Assembly (NCBI GenBank): GCA_964516325.1
Contig: CAZFAP010000003.1
Span: 10,499 to 74,498 of the forward strand
Direction of reading: 5' to 3'
DNA: 64,000 bases
Source: an uncultured Verrucomicrobiota bacterium
GTDB lineage: Bacteria; Auribacterota; JABMQX01
Below are positions 63,560 to 64,000 of this stretch, one piece after another. Made by a program: the position numbers and the translations under genes. Each line of letters opens with the position of its first letter. The first letter of the stretch is position 1. The notes beneath the pieces are model-generated. The model was not told the origin of the DNA. It made no database searches and worked only from the letters and a program-made list of their open reading frames with translations.

Positions 63560-64000
63560 GTGTTAATACCTCAATATGTTCGGCAGAGGAGGCTGGATCC
63601 ATCCGCGCCCGCGGCCTTCTTTAGAAACGTGCTGAAGGAGGCGATTGGCATTTCAGGAGCAGAGGAAGGAGGAGTCGTTCTCAGAAACGACCGGACAGGG
63701 GAACTGAGAGTTGAGGTCTTCATCGGCGAAGGGGTCGAGTATAAGAGACGGCTCATAGAACCGGACCCGACGAAGAGCGTCTGCGCTGCGGCTGCCGTGA
63801 GTAAGAAGGTTCAAAGCGTGCCAAACGTCGAGAAAGACCCCCGATTCCACGCCTTAAGCAACACGAAAGTGATGTCTGAACTTGTCGTTCCCATCCTGCA
63901 CGGAGATATTTGTGATGGGCTCATAAACCTTGAGAGTCCTCGTTTGAATGCCTTTCCTCCCAATATAGAGCGAACGATAGATGCATACGGTTGTGCGATT
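63560..64000 (+). CDS. GAF-domain protein (3'-partial)
   Basis: AGGAGG RBS + GTG; SVCAAAAVSKKVQSVPNVEKDPRF...SELVVPILHGDICDGLINLES, a GAF pattern; runs off the window. Confidence 0.75.
   Translation, partial: MLIPQYVRQRRLDPSAPAAFFRNVLKEAIGISGAEEGGVVLRNDRTGELRVEVFIGEGVEYKRRLIEPDPTKSVCAAAAVSKKVQSVPNVEKDPRFHALSNTKVMSELVVPILHGDICDGLINLESPRLNAFPPNIERTIDAYGCAI

Overview
Bacterial chromosomal window, GC-rich and apparently from a diderm (Tat/Sec signals, lipoproteins, a beta-barrel gene). The taxon cannot be fixed from sequence alone. Housekeeping genes (mtnP, recD2, YraN, DinG/XPD-type helicase) are interspersed with carbohydrate-utilisation genes (GH14/42-like, BNR protein + sodium:solute symporter, sulfatase, PfkB + class II aldolase, ThuA, GH172-like, two Gfo/Idh/MocA) and several accessory blocks. 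These are: (i) a four-gene ABC exporter whose permease carries a copy of the ATPase C-terminal domain; (ii) an AT-richer envelope cassette (beta-barrel, permuted papain-like protein with Gln-rich tail, CsgG-like protein, lipoprotein); (iii) two paralogous PilV/PilW/PilX minor-pilin sets with three sigma54 promoter matches; (iv) a heavily deleted sugar operon; (v) a TPR histidine kinase / receiver-DUF5678-like / retropepsin-like protease triplet, my best candidate for an undescribed system; (vi) a RelE/ParE toxin-antitoxin pair; (vii) a type I R-M operon with a coupled PIN-domain gene; (viii) a ~255-nt intergenic element closed by a 17-bp stem (ncRNA or MITE). No rRNA, tRNA or CRISPR array was recognised. 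All family assignments come from motif recognition by eye, not database searches.
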